Assembly (NCBI GenBank): GCA_036867785.1
Contig: CP145411.1
Span: forward strand, 1,550,001 to 1,614,000
Source: Plasmodiophora brassicae
Taxonomy: Eukaryota
DNA: 64,000 nucleotides
Direction of reading: 5' to 3'
The notes beneath the pieces are model-generated. The model made no database searches and was not told where the DNA came from. It saw only the letters and a program-made list of their open reading frames with translations. This document shows positions 37,101 to 51,418 of this stretch, one piece after another. Made by a program: the position numbers and the translations under genes. Position 1 is the stretch's first letter, and each line of letters opens with the position of its first letter.

Positions 37101-38143
37101 GATACGACAGGTTGGGCGGCATTGGGGACTCTTGCAGTGGATGGGTCTTTAACCCCATACTAGATGACATGCGAAGAACCGCAGCTCGACGTGGATGTCG
37201 TCACGTTTCAATGGGTTATTGACAGTATTGCTGCGAACCAGTTGCAGTTTCTGCTTCCAAGGTTGCCCCTATTCGGAACCGTCCACTCGTGAACTCTAAT
37301 GATTACCAGATACTACTACCATCTGAGCCAGACCACGCGAGAGAAGCTGTCGTCGCTTATGGATGTCGAGACAGGTGTTGTCTGGGGACACGTTCCTGAT
37401 GCCGGCGAATGCAAGCAGGTTCCTCGGAGTTGGATATCGAGAGCTTACAGGTCTTTCTCACCAGTCAATTAGATTTACGAAACAGTCCGGGAACTCCATC
37501 CCAGAGACGTTCGGCCCCCCATGGGCCTCAAGTACGTCCACGCGCGACGCCTGCTGTCGTTTTCGGTGTGTGCTAAACATCAACGTTGGACGCAGGCGGC
37601 TGCGGTCGGTTGTCGGCGATTGTCTGTACGAGTTACTTTTCACTCCAATGACCATGTTCCGGGACCTTTCTGTCGTGTCTGTCAATCAGTGTTCGAAACC
37701 GGACGTTCATGGATCGCCTTGGTTGGGCATAACAGAATCCGATTATATAGCGCTGTGGCATTGACAAGTCACTGCAGTTGGAAGGTCCGCTCAATCATCG
37801 CCCTTCTGCGTGTGTACTCTGCTACCGTTGCCGACTCTGTCACTTCTGACACATCCCACATCCTCGTCTGCAGCTGCAACGATCTCACAAACCCCTCGTA
37901 TGCGTTGTGGGTTCGGGCAACTCTCGTACGATCACTAAGCAGCTTAATTGTAGCGTCCTGAAAGCAATGAACACGATGCTTTCGACGACCTCCAGGCATC
38001 AGAGGGAATCACTGCACGTGAGTACACGCCAGTGGGTCCTTGAATGCTGCGAAAGGATGCCGCTGGGGACGAAATCGCACATCTTTGATGAGGACTCACA
38101 AGAAGTTTTCCGCGTGCCGGATGTACTCTCGCCGCGAAGATGA
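34112..38143 (+). CDS. LIG4: DNA ligase IV (ATP-dependent, tandem BRCT)
   Basis: MRLVVPKFDKDRTYG, active-site ELKFDGER, IIDGELLAWD, EGLVLKN, WMKVKADY and C-terminal BRCT-like exons; many introns. Confidence 0.9.
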
Positions 38144-38245
38144 CGACAGCGGAAGTCGACTTATATACTTAACGTTCTTGTTTACATACTTCGTTGATGT
38201 ACAGATTGACTGCATCGTGTACCTCGAAGTGGAACGTGACGCTGT

Positions 38246-41200
38246 TTAGTCCCCATTGGAGCTCGAATCGACGGATATTTCCGCGTCAACGTGAAACGCG
38301 GCGTCGCCAATGGTGGACTCCCTGTAGGAATTCAGGTCCCCGTCCCTTACTGTGTCGCAAACTGTTTCGCAATAGGACTGTTCCTCCTGTACGCGATAAT
38401 CAGCACCTGCGAAGGACTGAACTGTTAACATGGCTACCCAGGTCGCAATGGCACTGTCGTTCTTGTCGCTTGGGTCCCGATCCAAGGTAGCGATCATAAC
38501 AGAGTCGGGAGGCTGTGACGATGTGGAGCCGTTGGCCCTGATGAAGGCGTTGAGGTCAGCCTGGGCGTTAACACGGTCGATGGAGCCGCCAAGGGCTGCC
38601 AGATTGTCGCTCAGCTGCTGCCCATAGAACCTGCCGCCAATGTAAGAATCGGCCAACCGGTGCGAAATGAAGAACCGGCGGACGTTTGGTGCTCGCAGTG
38701 GGTCGTGAAGGCCCATTTCACAGCATTAATGCGAGTAGTATTAATGCTCTGAAGAGTCTGCAAATGGCATTTCACAGTCGCTCCGTGTGTTGAGATCGCC
38801 TCCTTCCAGGCGTTGCTCGCGTGATCAAGCGCTCGCTGCGTCCGGTTCGCAATCTCAATTGCAGAATCCATCCTTGCACGAGCGTTCTTTTGGGGGAGCC
38901 TGCCATGGATCATTGTTGCAATGAATGATTGGCGGCGTTCTGTAGGGCATGTCAACAGGCGCATCAGCGGTACTTGGTGAACATACCTTCTGGCGCTGGC
39001 AAAGATCGTTCCCGTTCCAACGACTTTTCGTGCTTGAGTGTTAGCTTTTCCAAATGCTCGACCGCCTTCTTGTATGACGTAGAGACGTTGTTATACGCCG
39101 TCTCCACGGAGACAGCCTTCTGAACAGCTGTTTGATTCTGAAACGTCCATCAGCTCATTGCTGTGATTTAGCGAGCGCATAGTGTCACCTGCTTGACGAT
39201 ATCAAGTATGTTAGACTTGATAATGCTTTTCTGAATGTAATGTATCAAGCAGATGCATCATTCACGACAGAATACCATTGTAACCTGGCGCCTTAGTGAC
39301 TTTGCGATCTCCTTCATGCGCGAGCTGCGCTCATCGATGGAACTTTGGATGCACTCCATCTAGTTAAGCAGTGTCAGGGGGCATCAGCGAATACGTAGTC
39401 GTACCATACCGTCTTCTGAAAACCAACAAGGCAGTTTGTCAGGGATGAGTAACGGTTGGACTGGTCAATTCCTGCGCTGATGTCGAATGGGTACTTGCGA
39501 AGAATGCGAACAAACGAGTCATCGATAGTGCTCGCTTCCTTTTGTACGTGTCAGCAACATTTAGGCTACACAATGGGTTGGCGTACCTGGAAAATGCTGA
39601 TCAGGAACCGCAATGCAGATACCCCTTTCGAACTCTTCGATCGGACTGCATCAAACGAAGAAACATCAATCTGCTCTCTGAAGTCAACGTCCGCTGCGGA
39701 TTCTGACGATTCCTGTCCTTGACGATTGTGATGAATCTGGAAATTTACGTCAGCGCAAGGAGCCCTGACTGAACATGGGAAAGTGGGTACAGAGTGGATA
39801 AATTCGCGAAGATCCGTTTCTGTGTCAATCGACTGCACCATGCGTTCCAGAGTCTGCATGGATGTGCGGGATGCGTTAGACAGGCTCTGCAGCTGTCGGA
39901 AGAACCCGAATATGATCCTCTTCGTGTCTTCATAGTGCCTCAAAGTGCAGTCCTACAAGAATCCGTCATCACACAGCCGCTCACAGTCGCACCACCTACC
40001 TCAGCTGTCTGTAGGAAGACCATGACGACAGAATCGCTCCTGCGCTGCAAGCTTCCCAGATTCCTTTGTGCAGCGGCGCATTTCGATTGAATATCGAAGA
40101 GCGCGGTTTGCGCTTTAACAAACGCATTGATCTGACAGAAGCGTAAATGACGCTGCCAGCGGACGTCCTCGTGCTTACCCTTGTTTTGAACTGCCTTTGA
40201 TCTGGACAGTCCTTGAATTCAATACATGAGTCCAACTGTGCACGAGCTGACGCCAACGCCGATTGGGCTTGGGATTTCTGCACCACCATACGGGAGACGT
40301 CTTCAGTTAGTTCGGTGATCTGCTTATCCAGGCCATTCTTGGTCCGAGAAAACTGGCTACGCAGCTGTCTACCTTCAGACCTAGGATACAGTAGTATCTA
40401 ATCAGCCGGGTGACATTGGACTGCGTTTTGTCACGTACTGAATGAACTGGAACATCGATATCCCTTTTCGAAGAATTTTCGCCGTTTCTTTGTTCTGCTG
40501 CGCCTCGGCATTGAAGGAATCCAGCAGGGCCAGCCATGACGACTGGATCGCCTCACTGTTGAAGAACTTGGAGGCCGAGGCTTCATGGGATGATACAGCT
40601 TTGCGCATCTGTTTCGAACTCATCTCCATGGCAAGTGCCATGCCCTGGACAAGTATCAGCGCATATGTTCAGGCGAACGCTTGAACACGTAATCACCTCG
40701 ATTGCAGAGCACAGTTGAGAAAGCATGACCTTGTACTTCTGTAGCAAATCCCATGACCGGCGGAAACCGTCCGTGCCCCACCTGTTGCATGATAAGCTGC
40801 TGCACTGGCGCAAACCAGATCCTGCTGTACATATCAACAACGTATGATCGTGGACGATCATTGCACAGGAAGAAGTTCCTGACAATGCCACGAATTTCGT
40901 CGTCCTCATTAAGCGAGGTCTTGCGTGACGCGGGTTCTCCGACGCTAGATATCCTGGATGGCAAGCTGCCATGTTCACTGACTGAATCATCCGAACAGCT
41001 GGCACCTTCGCTGCTTTGTTCTCCGATTGGAGGAGCAATCGTTTCGAAAACGCCCAAGTCCTTCTCTAGCCTGAGGTTGTCGGAAAGAGCATTTTGAAGG
41101 TACGAAGGGTCGCTAAGCGTTTCTCCAATCCAAGAATGCTTCAGCTTGACGAAAGAACGAAGAGTGTCGTGAAGGATGATTAGCCTGTCGAGCCATATCA

Positions 41201-42754
41201 GACAAGGTCATAATCTGCGATGCAGAAGTACCGTTTCTGGTTCAACTGCCGGCACTGAGACAGAATGGGGACGTGGCGACTCACAAACGTTTCGACCAGC
41301 TTCCGATACTGCTCGCTTCTCGTGACGCGCTCGATCTCATTCTCTATGATTTCGTTCTCGAACTCGGCAAGAGCGGAGACTTCCGACACTGTCCTGAAGT
41401 CAGTGGCTACCCCCAGGTAGAGAATCGGTTCGGACCTGAAGATATCGACCGCCTTCTGATTCTGCTCTTATACATTGCGAACCGAGAGAAAATGGATTTT
41501 CTGGCCTCCTTCGCGTCCCGGTTCTTGCCAATACAAGCAATCACTGTATCTTCGGACTGCCGAAGGGATGCCATGAGCTCAAGTGCTTCGGAGAACAGCG
41601 CGTGAATCGCTTTCGTGATTTGTGGGATGTCAACACTAACAAACGCCAAACGGCCAGGCTCAGAGATGGGGCAACCCGACTGACTAAACACGAGTGTGTA
41701 CCTCAGAGGCACGACGCATTCTTGGCGAAAGTTGGCTAACAGAGAGCCCCAGTTGTCCATGTCCGACGCCGTACGAAGCTGCAGCAGACCCCACATTTGC
41801 TGAGCAGTAAACAGGACAGTGTTCCCGGGCGTCGGCGAGGAGAAGGAACATGCACTCGCTGCATTTGCGTACTGCGATGAGGTCGTCTCCAGCATGGCTT
41901 GGAATGCGCAAGCAAAATCAGCACCCTGGACATCAACGTAAGCAGCCGAGCGACGAGAGGAATGGTTTCTTCCCAAGCTCACATTCTGCGCCAGGTCGTC
42001 CAAAGCGTCCGACTTAGCCTTCAGGTCAGACAGCATGGATCCGAATCTGTTAACCTTGCCGGATAGGTCGTTGACGACGCCAACGATAGGGTCGCGTCGC
42101 AGACCCTGGAACTGTTCAGTGGCAGTCGCCTCTGAGCGATTGCTCAACTTCCGATCCAGGGGCGCTGGGCCGAACGGCTCTAGGCTTGAAGGCTCCGGTT
42201 TCAAGGACGTCCGTTCGCTACCAGATTTCGACGCCAACGGGTGGAACGCAGGCAGGATCGATGCCGCACCTGGCTGCAAATCCTGTTGGTCTTTCTCGGG
42301 CGCGTTCTGGCACTGGATCGGTTCTATGTCCAAGGGTCAACTGTCGTAAAGAAGCGTCACGGGAAGCGCTGCTAGAACCTTTCTTCGAATGGGCGTCGTT
42401 AACAGGTCCACTGGTTTCTTCGCCGTTGGTCATATCCATTGCGTCAATCTCGTTGTCGAGCTGTTCGTCGATCTCATTCCGGTCCGACCGGTGCACGATC
42501 GTGTCCTCCAACCAGTCATGCTGCGATGGCACGTCGGACGCTGCATCCGACAGCATCTCGCCGATCGTCTCGACCTTGCTGACCGGGGAATCTGGATAAC
42601 GAGGCCACTGGGCCGCTCGCTGCTGCTGCTGCTGCTGCTGCATCTCTTCCAGTTTGCCGGGCGTCGCCACCATCGTCTCGAATATCAACTGCTTCAGCCC
42701 AGTCAGGTTCGACGAGTGTCGAGGCGTTGGCGGCGCCGGCAGGTCGAATAGCAT
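38246..42754 (-). CDS. Large protein with a disordered N-terminus and three tandem F-BAR-like helical domains
   Basis: Three repeats ending in F-BAR-like signatures: QLNQKRLIILHDTL...LEKDLGVF, HYEDTKR...IDTETDLREFI, SINTTRINAVK...VNAQADLNAFI; exon joins partly inferred. Confidence 0.6.
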
Positions 42755-43066
42755 CCACAGATGCGCGTCCCCGCCCCCAACTCAACCCTGGCTCCCACAC
42801 CCACTTATGACTGTGACCCCGGCCGGCTGTGGGGTCACCCAGACCCACTGACGTTGCCCAGTCATTTTGGTGTTACAGACCCGCCCCCTCAAAAGTCGGC
42901 CCCAGGTTGGGGAAATTCGGCAGAGAACGACGGTCGTTTTTGCGCGCTGGGCTGGGGGCAGTGCCGCAGTGACGAATCTTCGACATCGCAAAACGAACCG
43001 AACACAGCATCGATGGCGACGCGACGTTCACAGACAACACATGACAATGGGAAACAGCGAACGCGT

Positions 43067-46000
43067 TTACAAAGAGACGCGTTCCGGTTCTTGTTTCTTG
43101 GGGGCCTGGTGGCGCTTGATGACGTCCTGGCGGCGTCCCCGGCAATGCAGGCGAACATGTCGTGCCAGTTGCACGACGTCGCCTTCGTTGACGACAGAGG
43201 CCGACACGGGAACCGTAACGTTCTCGAGCTCGGTCCGGAACGTGATCGACGACACGAATGACCCTTTGGAGGACGCGTATAGTTCGACCTCGACACGGGA
43301 CGACATGCCGGGTGCTAGTGGCCCTGGCGTACGTACCACCCGAATACAAGCGTCATCGGCAACGTTGTCAATCGCGAATCGACCCGCCTCCAGGCCCACG
43401 TTCGTGACGCGTAACGCCAGGCGATAGGTATTGCCGACGGCGACTGCCCCGAAGAACGCTTCGGCAGGTTCGATGCGCATGAGGGCATACGCCACGAGTG
43501 TAGACGGGTTCCCGACTAGGGACCGACTGATCTCGCCACGGTACGCGGCCGCTTTGATCGTCGCTGACGTCCGCAAGCGTCGCCGGGCGCTCGCCTCCCG
43601 CTGAGCGAACGATTCCGGGCTGGGAGATCGTGCGATCATCGTTGTTTGCTTTGCAGGCTGTGGTGATGGCGATACGGATGGCGACAGCTCAACGAGCTTG
43701 ACGGCTGCTGCCGTATCCACGCGTCCTGGCTCGATGGCAGGTGGCGCCTGCTCGCTGCCAACGTTCATGCAAAGGCGCTGCAGGCGATACGATTCGGCGG
43801 TCAGCGCGTCCAAGGCATCCTTGAACGCACCCAGGTCGTGCTCGATCCCGAACGTCTGCGTCTCCGGGATGGCTTGCAACCCAAGTGCCTCGAGGATACG
43901 ACCAGCATTCGCCTCTAGTCGAGCACAGGACGCCAGCAGACCTGAGTAGGGTGCCCTATGTTTACCATTAGCAACTCACTGCGAGAAACTGGAATCTGTC
44001 CCCATACTTGCTCAAATCGATGAGGTGAAGGTTCTCGGTGGAGGTATCATTGGACGGCTCTAGGACGCGGGAGAGGAGCAAAGCGAACTCGTCGAGGGCC
44101 TGAAGGACGGTGATTTGCTCTGTGGTGCTGATGCTGGTATCAGTCATGCGTCGTTCGCCACCACGGCCCGAGCGTGCCGTCAATCGCTGAACGGCTTTCT
44201 GCGTGTCGAACGCCCTGGATACCGCCGGATCGTTGAAGTATCCGACGTTCAGTGTACCTTCGTCGTCCACATCGCGGTGAACGGAGCGCGGTCTACCACC
44301 TCTTCGCCCTTCCGCTGGAACATCCTTCTGCACAGTCGACTCGTTCTGTTGCTACTGTTAAGACTGTGGGTTCCGCAACGAAACATGTAGACCTGGGAAT
44401 GCGATGACGGTTCGTTCGCAGCTGCACGTCGATCGAGAATGGCACGCTGGAGTTGGCGTTGTTCCTCGACTTCATAAGCAGATCGGTCCTCCACAACGGT
44501 GGCGTAGAGCTCGTCGTTGGCCTCGTCACGAGTGCGTTTGTCGCGCCAGGCCTGCAGGTCGCTGAGCGCCCGACTGTCATTTGATTCAGAATGTGTCTTG
44601 TGCAAAGCAACGACAGGAGAACCTCATTTCATCGTTGGACAGAGGCGCGTGTTCGACCAAGGCACGTGCGATAATATATGGAGATGGTACGTGGTCGTCA
44701 TTGGATTCAAGAACGGTGGAACACCCGGCTCCTGTTGAATCGTTTGTGAGAATACGACCTGCGTTAGTCCTCAGCCGTACCTCCGCGAATAATGTTCGGG
44801 ATCTCCATTGCCATCGTAAACTTTCGGCGTCTGGTGACCGGTTGATGGGTAATGAACGTTTTCGGTGCGACGTTGCCCTCGCCAGGCCGTACAATGATCT
44901 GACCAGCGATTAGCTCCGCAATGCGCCCACAGATGATCAAGCTGAACCTGAGGGTCCAGGACCACAACGTCTTGGGTTCGGGCGGCGTCGCTCTGTAGGC
45001 GAACGACATCGGTTTGTCTTAGGTATTCCGTACCGGAACCTTTCGCACGTAACAAGAACGCTCGTGGTTCGATGGGATCCTGTGGCAAATATTAAGTCTC
45101 GGCGTACGAGCTAGAAATGGTGTGCGTACCTCGGGTCCTGCATAGTACTGAACGGGAATCGGGTCTTTCTCTTCTGACCCAGGAATAACGTTATTTGATT
45201 CCATGCGTAGCTTCCTAGAGAATGTCCCGTCGTGGCTCAACATGAAGTAGTTGTCGTCAGCGTCCAGCGTGCTCAAACGACCGCCGTCATAGGTGTAGCA
45301 CCGTGCGATCCGATCCTGTTGTACAATCTTGAGTCCTTCGGATGAACCGGGCTACCCGACGATAGAGGTAACCTGTGTGCGCCATTGCTCTGGCAAGGTG
45401 AACTCCCCGCCGGGGCAGATGATCGTCCTGGACGATGTCGCCACGATACGTATGTTGTCAATCGGGTTCGAGCAGGACATGGTACCGGCCGACAGGTCCA
45501 GTGACACAGTCGCCTGCTGCTCGGCGATGACCTCAACCGCAACTGGCAAGGAGTTGCTTAACAAAACGCTGAAATGCTGATCGATTGCCTTACCTGGACC
45601 ACGCTCGCCTTGTTTGATAATAACGTTGCCCGCGAATGGCGTCTCGATGCGCGTGATACCCTTCTCGAACACGAACCGGGTGCTGTCGGGGAACACGATC
45701 ACCCGGTTGCCGCTTACATAATCGATCGTCATCACGCCATCAGCCCGCGTCGTGATAACTGCTGACGATTCTGGGTCCGTCTGAGACACGACCGCAACGT
45801 TTTCAGCGTCTTTGTCAACGGAGGACAGAAAGGATCCATCTGGAGCCGTGCTCGTCCAGGTTGAATTGCGACTGTATCGTGTTAGGCGCCCATCGGTACC
45901 GTACACGTCAACGGTTCCGTCTGCATGTTTCAGCACGACGTGTCCATCCGTATGGATCACGCGATAGAAGTCGCTAGTGGGGCTCTGGCGACAGGTGACG

Positions 46001-47994
46001 ACACCGTTCCAAGCGACTGACAGCTGGTTGCCGTCCCAGGCGACACTGCTGACACCGGATTTGTCCACGACCAGCTGGCTGTCGTCCGGAAATTTCATCG
46101 TCATCTGGTAACGATTCGTTGGATGGCGAACGCACTGGAACGTGGCAAACGTGTCCGCTCCCAGCGACAACCACAGCAGAACGTCATCGTTCACACGAAG
46201 CGACGACAAGATTCCTGTGGAAGCGTTAGCACACAAGATGGAATGGAATGTTTAAGGAAGGACCTCTATCTGCAGTGAAGAACATGTGGCATTCCTTCAC
46301 GGATTGCACGACAGAGTTGCACCCTTCGAGTAACGACGGTTGACGTGAATCTCGAATAGACGTCGGCGAGGATAACCATGCGCGGTACGACAGGTCGCCA
46401 CATAGGACGCGGTCCCACGATTCAGACAGCGTTCGCAGATGTGGCGTATGCGTATGGATGAGAACCAGTAACGCATCTTCAGCGACATCTACAAGCAGTT
46501 GAGATTATTATTGGTTCGGGCTACGAAGACAATAATGTGTACCGGATTCAGTACGGCATTCGACAGGGACAGGTGTTCCCATAAGTGCCTTCGTTAACGT
46601 TGCCTGCATCTCATTTGGCGTTAACGCTTCACGAAACGATCGATCACCAAAGTGCCAGTCGCGGGCGCTAGCCGTTGCGCTGAACGTTAACATCATCTTA
46701 TTGAATGCTTCGCACCTGCAGTCATCGTTAAGAACGAATTCCCTCGCGAAGCGGTATACAACCTTAGCGCATGGTAGAAACGATCAGGAGGCAGTGTCGT
46801 GCATGACAATTGTTGTGTCCGCTGAGTACCACGCTGCGCCTTATAGGGAGCGTCAGTAACACACCGCTGATGAACCAACAGACTGATCACCTGTGGCATT
46901 GTTGTAGGAACCGACAGCACATTCAGGACCCGGTCGCGTAGACGTCTGGCCGTCGTCAGCATACCCGAATCACTAACTGGCTTCCCGCCCAGGACCACGT
47001 GCCGCGCTCCGATCAGCGAATCCCGGTCAACGGCGGCGATCAGCGTCGGCGTTTTCATCGATGTCGACACGACATTCGTGATATTGTTCTTCGGATGCAG
47101 AGCGGTCCACGTCGCCTCGAGATGCGTCACGATTGCTGGGTCAACGTCATTCGGTACAGATACCGGTGGATTACGAGCGTCCTCGGCCGCCTTTTCGCCA
47201 GCGACCATCTTCTCCACCTGCTGGAACATGGCAACGAGGAGAACGTCGACAGTCTGCATCGTATTCGGGATAGGCTTCAGCACAGCGTCGTATTCAACGA
47301 GAGGAACCGACGAGGCTCTTGGCATTGGCAGTATAGGGACGTCCTGACGCCAGGCACGATACCGGAGCAGGTTGCGATGGTCGGCGAGGATGATGGGGAA
47401 GACGACATCACCAGACAGCGACGTAATCGGTAACGTAGTGGTGGACAGATCCGGTGTCTTCGATGCGATCCGCAATGAGGCACGGTCGTCGGCGTCGGGA
47501 TCGCCTTCGTTCTTGACGCCGAGGAGGGTTAACAGCGGCGCACCTCGAGATGCTAACGACAAGACGTCATCGGGAGATTCGAGGACGCCACGTAGGATAA
47601 CAAAGATCGGGAGACGGGGCAGTTCGGCGACGTCTCCCCGACGGTCTTGGTACAAGGCATTGATGGCGGTGCGCCTAGCACCAAGTTCCTTGGCGATACG
47701 ATCCTGCACGGCTTTGAGGAACGGGTCGGACGGCCCCGGCTGGTCCGGGGCGCGCGCCTGCACGCCCTTAAACGATGTCGCGTGGACGACCAGGATCTGC
47801 TGGTTCGACTCCAACCCGGCATCGACCTTCGCGATGTCGACGGACGGGCTCTCGGGCACGATTCCAACGAACACGGCTTCGAGGTCCTGTGCGAAACCGG
47901 CCAAATCCGAATGTCACCCGCGGACGCGCTGGGAAAACGACGGGGCAACTACACCGGGTACCTTATCAAGAGGAGCTGGCGCCTCGGTCGCCAT
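43067..47994 (-). CDS. SPAG17: Sperm-associated antigen 17 / PF6, central-pair C1a projection protein
   Basis: TDPESSAVITTRADGVMTIDY...FPDSTRF, EPRAFLLRAKGSGTEYL and a C-terminal PapD-like FGAVAVGNTY...TNVG...PGPLAPGM. Confidence 0.8.
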
Positions 47995-48248
47995 GGCGTG
48001 CCCGAACTTTTTTGTGCCCAGTGACGTGCAGCGTGCCCCCACATGACGCGGCTGGCAAGGGCCCTGTCGTACTACTACCAGCAAAGGGAAAGGCCGCGCG
48101 CAGACTGATGTGCGCCTGCACTCACGAACGGTCCAGACTGTAGATGCAGCACCAGGAAACGGAACAGGCCAGCGTTGTTGGTCACAGGCCTGGCGCCATT
48201 CGACTGCCAGAGCCGTCGTGCGTGTACATTCTCATATCCGAGAAACGC

Positions 48249-49530
48249 ATGGCGATTACCGATGACGATGAGGCGTGGCGGAAGGCGTTCACGGCGGCGG
48301 TCGCCGACGTCGGTGATAGAATGTCGTATCAGCAAGCCGCCGAGCGCCTACATGGCATCGTCCGCACCGGGTTAGACGGACATCGTCGAGCGCCCGCATC
48401 GCCCGGGAGTCGACGCGCCTCGACCCTGGGTTCGTCATTCGGTTCACTGTGCATTACAACCTGTTCGCTGGCATCGTCATCGCCCTGGGCACACGCGCAG
48501 ATCGCAGAGATGATCACCAGGAACAGGGAACACCCGCGTCTCGGGTGCTTCGGCCTGAGTGAGCTCTTAACCGGCGTCAACAGCGGGCTCATCGTCCAGA
48601 CGGCCGCTGAGTTCGACCAGGCAACTAGCCAGTTAATCATCAACATGCCGAATCCAGGCGCGACCAAGAACTAGATCACGCAGGGCGTCGTCGCCGACGA
48701 AGGTGTCGTGATCGCCGCCCTGACCGTTAACGGGAAGACGTATGGCCCACAAGCCTTCCTGGTCATGTTCCGCGATAAGGCTGACTTCTTGCTGCCGGGA
48801 TCCAAAGCATCGACATGGGACGGAAGACGGTCGGCAACGACCTCGACAACGCGCGCGTGATCTTCACCAAGGTGCGCGTGCCACGCTCAACGCTGTTGTC
48901 GCGTTACCTGGAGGTCCGACCCGATGGAAGCGTCGTGCAACCGAATGGTAAGTACAGGACGATGGAGATGATCGGACAGTGACTTTTCACCGGGCGTATC
49001 GCTGTGGTCTACTTGGCGCTGTAATTCGCCAAGTCGATATTCGCGAACGCGCACGCGTTCGCTGGCAGGAAGCCGTGCTGGGCGCCCGGCGGCCGTCGCC
49101 CTAACCTGAACCAGGTGCCGCAGATCAGGGCGATCTTCCACGACGCCGATCGCCAGCTCGCGCAACTCACATCGTTCATGGGGCAGATCGAGAACCGCCT
49201 CGCCGACTGCCTTCGTAACGATCGCATATCGGCGGTGGACCTACAGCAGGCGATTGCCGTCGCTAAGGCCAAGGTGGTCGAAACATCGATCTCGCTCTGT
49301 TTCGCCCTGAAGCAGGATGTTGGATCGTCTGCGCTCATGGCCGGGAAAGGATTCGAAAACTTGGGCACGAAAGCTCGTCTGTGCGTTATTGAGGCTGGTC
49401 CTGGATGTCAGACTTCCTGCAATGCTGCAAGTTCGCCGAAGGCGGCAGTCGCATTCTGATGCAGAAAATGGCCCGGGACATTGTCGGAAGCCGCCGCTCT
49501 CTGCCCTGAAGGCGTCCGGCAAGACGGACA
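48249..49530 (+). pseudogene. Tandem pseudogene copy of the acyl-CoA oxidase-like gene at 49793
   Basis: Highly similar to the downstream gene, with frameshifts and stops (TAG about 48672, TGA about 48980, TAA about 49022); retains the intron. Confidence 0.9.
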
Positions 49531-49792
49531 CAAGGCCGTTCGGTGTCGTTGCCCGTACCTCGCGCTTCCCTCAGTTCGATGCGGCATTCCACAACAGTTA
49601 TATACGTGATTACACATTACCCAGGCGCCGTACTATTGAATAGGAGTGCTGCCGGTGCAACCCACGTCTATTTTGAAAAGGCGCGAGCCCGACGTCTTAC
49701 GTTTCCATTCGACGAATGATCAATCGTCCGTCCACGAAATTCGGCGTAGGTTTTTGGAGACTGGAGGCCAGTCCGAAGTTGTGACGAAGGGA

Positions 49793-51255
49793 ATGGCGAG
49801 TGACGACAGTGATGCCTGGCGGGAGGCGTTCACAGCGGCGATCGCCGATGTGGGTGATGGCATGACGTACAGGCAGGCGGCCGACCGCCTGCGTGCCGTT
49901 ATCCGCACCGGGCTCCTCGGTCTGACGGACATCGTCGAGCGCCCGCACCGGTTCTTCGAGGCGCACCGCCTGATTGCCAGACAGGCGACGCGCCTCGGTC
50001 CTGGGTTCTTTATCCGGTTCACGGTGCACTATAACCTGTTTGCTGGCACCGTTGTCGCGCTGGGCACGCGCGAGCAGATCGCCGCCCTGCTAGCCCGGAA
50101 CAAGCAGCGCGCGCGCCTTGGCTGTTTCGGCCTCACCGAGCTCCTAGCCGGCGTCAACAGCGGCCTCGTCGTTGAGACGACTGCCACCTTCGATGCCGCG
50201 TCGAACGAATTCGTCATCAACACGCCGAATCCAGGGGCGGCCAAGAACTGGATATCCCAGGGCCTTGTCGCCGACGAAGGCGTCGTCGTCGCCTCGTTGA
50301 CCGTCAACGGCAAGAAGTTCGGCCCGCAAGCCTTCCTGGTTCAGTTCCGAGATGACGTTGGCACCTTGCTGCCCGGTATCCAAGCCGTCGACATGGGACG
50401 GAAAACGGTCGGCAACGATCTCGACAATGCGCGCCTGACCTTCACGAAGGTTCGCGTACCACGCTCGGCACTGCTATCGCGATACCTGGAGGTTCGCGCC
50501 GATGGGAGCGTCGTGCAGCCCAATGGCCAGCATCGGACGATGGAGATGATCGGGCAGCGACTATTCACTGGTCGTGTCGCAGTGGCCTATGCAGCGCTGG
50601 AATTCACCAAGTCGCTGCTCGCGAATTGCCATGCATTCGCCGACCAGAAGCCGTGCTGGGCACCGAATGGACGTCGTCCCAGTCTGAACGAGGTGCCGCA
50701 GATCAACGCGATTTTACAAGACGGCAATCGCCAGCTCGGGCAGCTGTTCTCGTTCGTTTCGCAGGTCGAGAAACAACTTCGCAGCGACCGTATTCCGTCT
50801 CTGGGGTTACAGCAAGCTATTGCTGTTGCCAAAGTCAAGGCTGTCGAAACGTCGATTGCGCTCTGCTTCGCCCTGAAGCAAGAGGTTGGATCATACGCGC
50901 TCATGGCTGGCACGGGATTTGAACAGATGGGTTTGATGCGGCAATATGATATCGCATACTGGTTTATCGAGACTGAAACCCGTCCTTAGACTTCCTGCAG
51001 TGCTGCAAGTTCGCCGAGGGCGACAGTCGCATTCTCATGCAGAAAATGGCCAGGGACATCGTTCGATCCGGGCCCAGGAACGCTTCGGAATCCGCCGCCC
51101 TCAAGAAACTCCAGCAATCCATGAAGGCATCCGGCAACACCGATAAGGCCGCCGCCTGGGATGCCGCCTGGCGCGAGGTCTACGGCCTCGCCGACGCGCA
51201 CATGTCCGTCATCCTACAGTCGTTCGGCGTCGGTACCCTGTCCTCACGTCTATAA
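49793..51255 (+). CDS. Peroxisomal acyl-CoA oxidase/dehydrogenase-family protein
   Basis: FTVHYNLFAG, GCFGLTE, INTPNPGAAKNWI, GNDLDNA, CKFAEGD; intron 50931..50989; PTS1 -SRL at the C-terminus. Confidence 0.9.
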
Positions 51256-51418
51256 AAATACGTGCAAGTGCGTTCGGGCCTGGGGGCGACAGCTGTCGTT
51301 CGACGAGGCGGTCCCGGAGTCCGTACGGTGTTACGCCGAGAGCCCCGAGTTGAGATTTCTGTCGTGCCAGGTCAGTTCGTTATTCTTCGCGGCGGGACCG
51401 GTCTCCAGTGCAACAGTA

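Noticed and set aside
25469-42754. CYFIP fusion and triple F-BAR gene as a functional gene cluster
   Set aside because: Separated by unrelated 7TM and LIG4 genes; proximity is uninformative without synteny data
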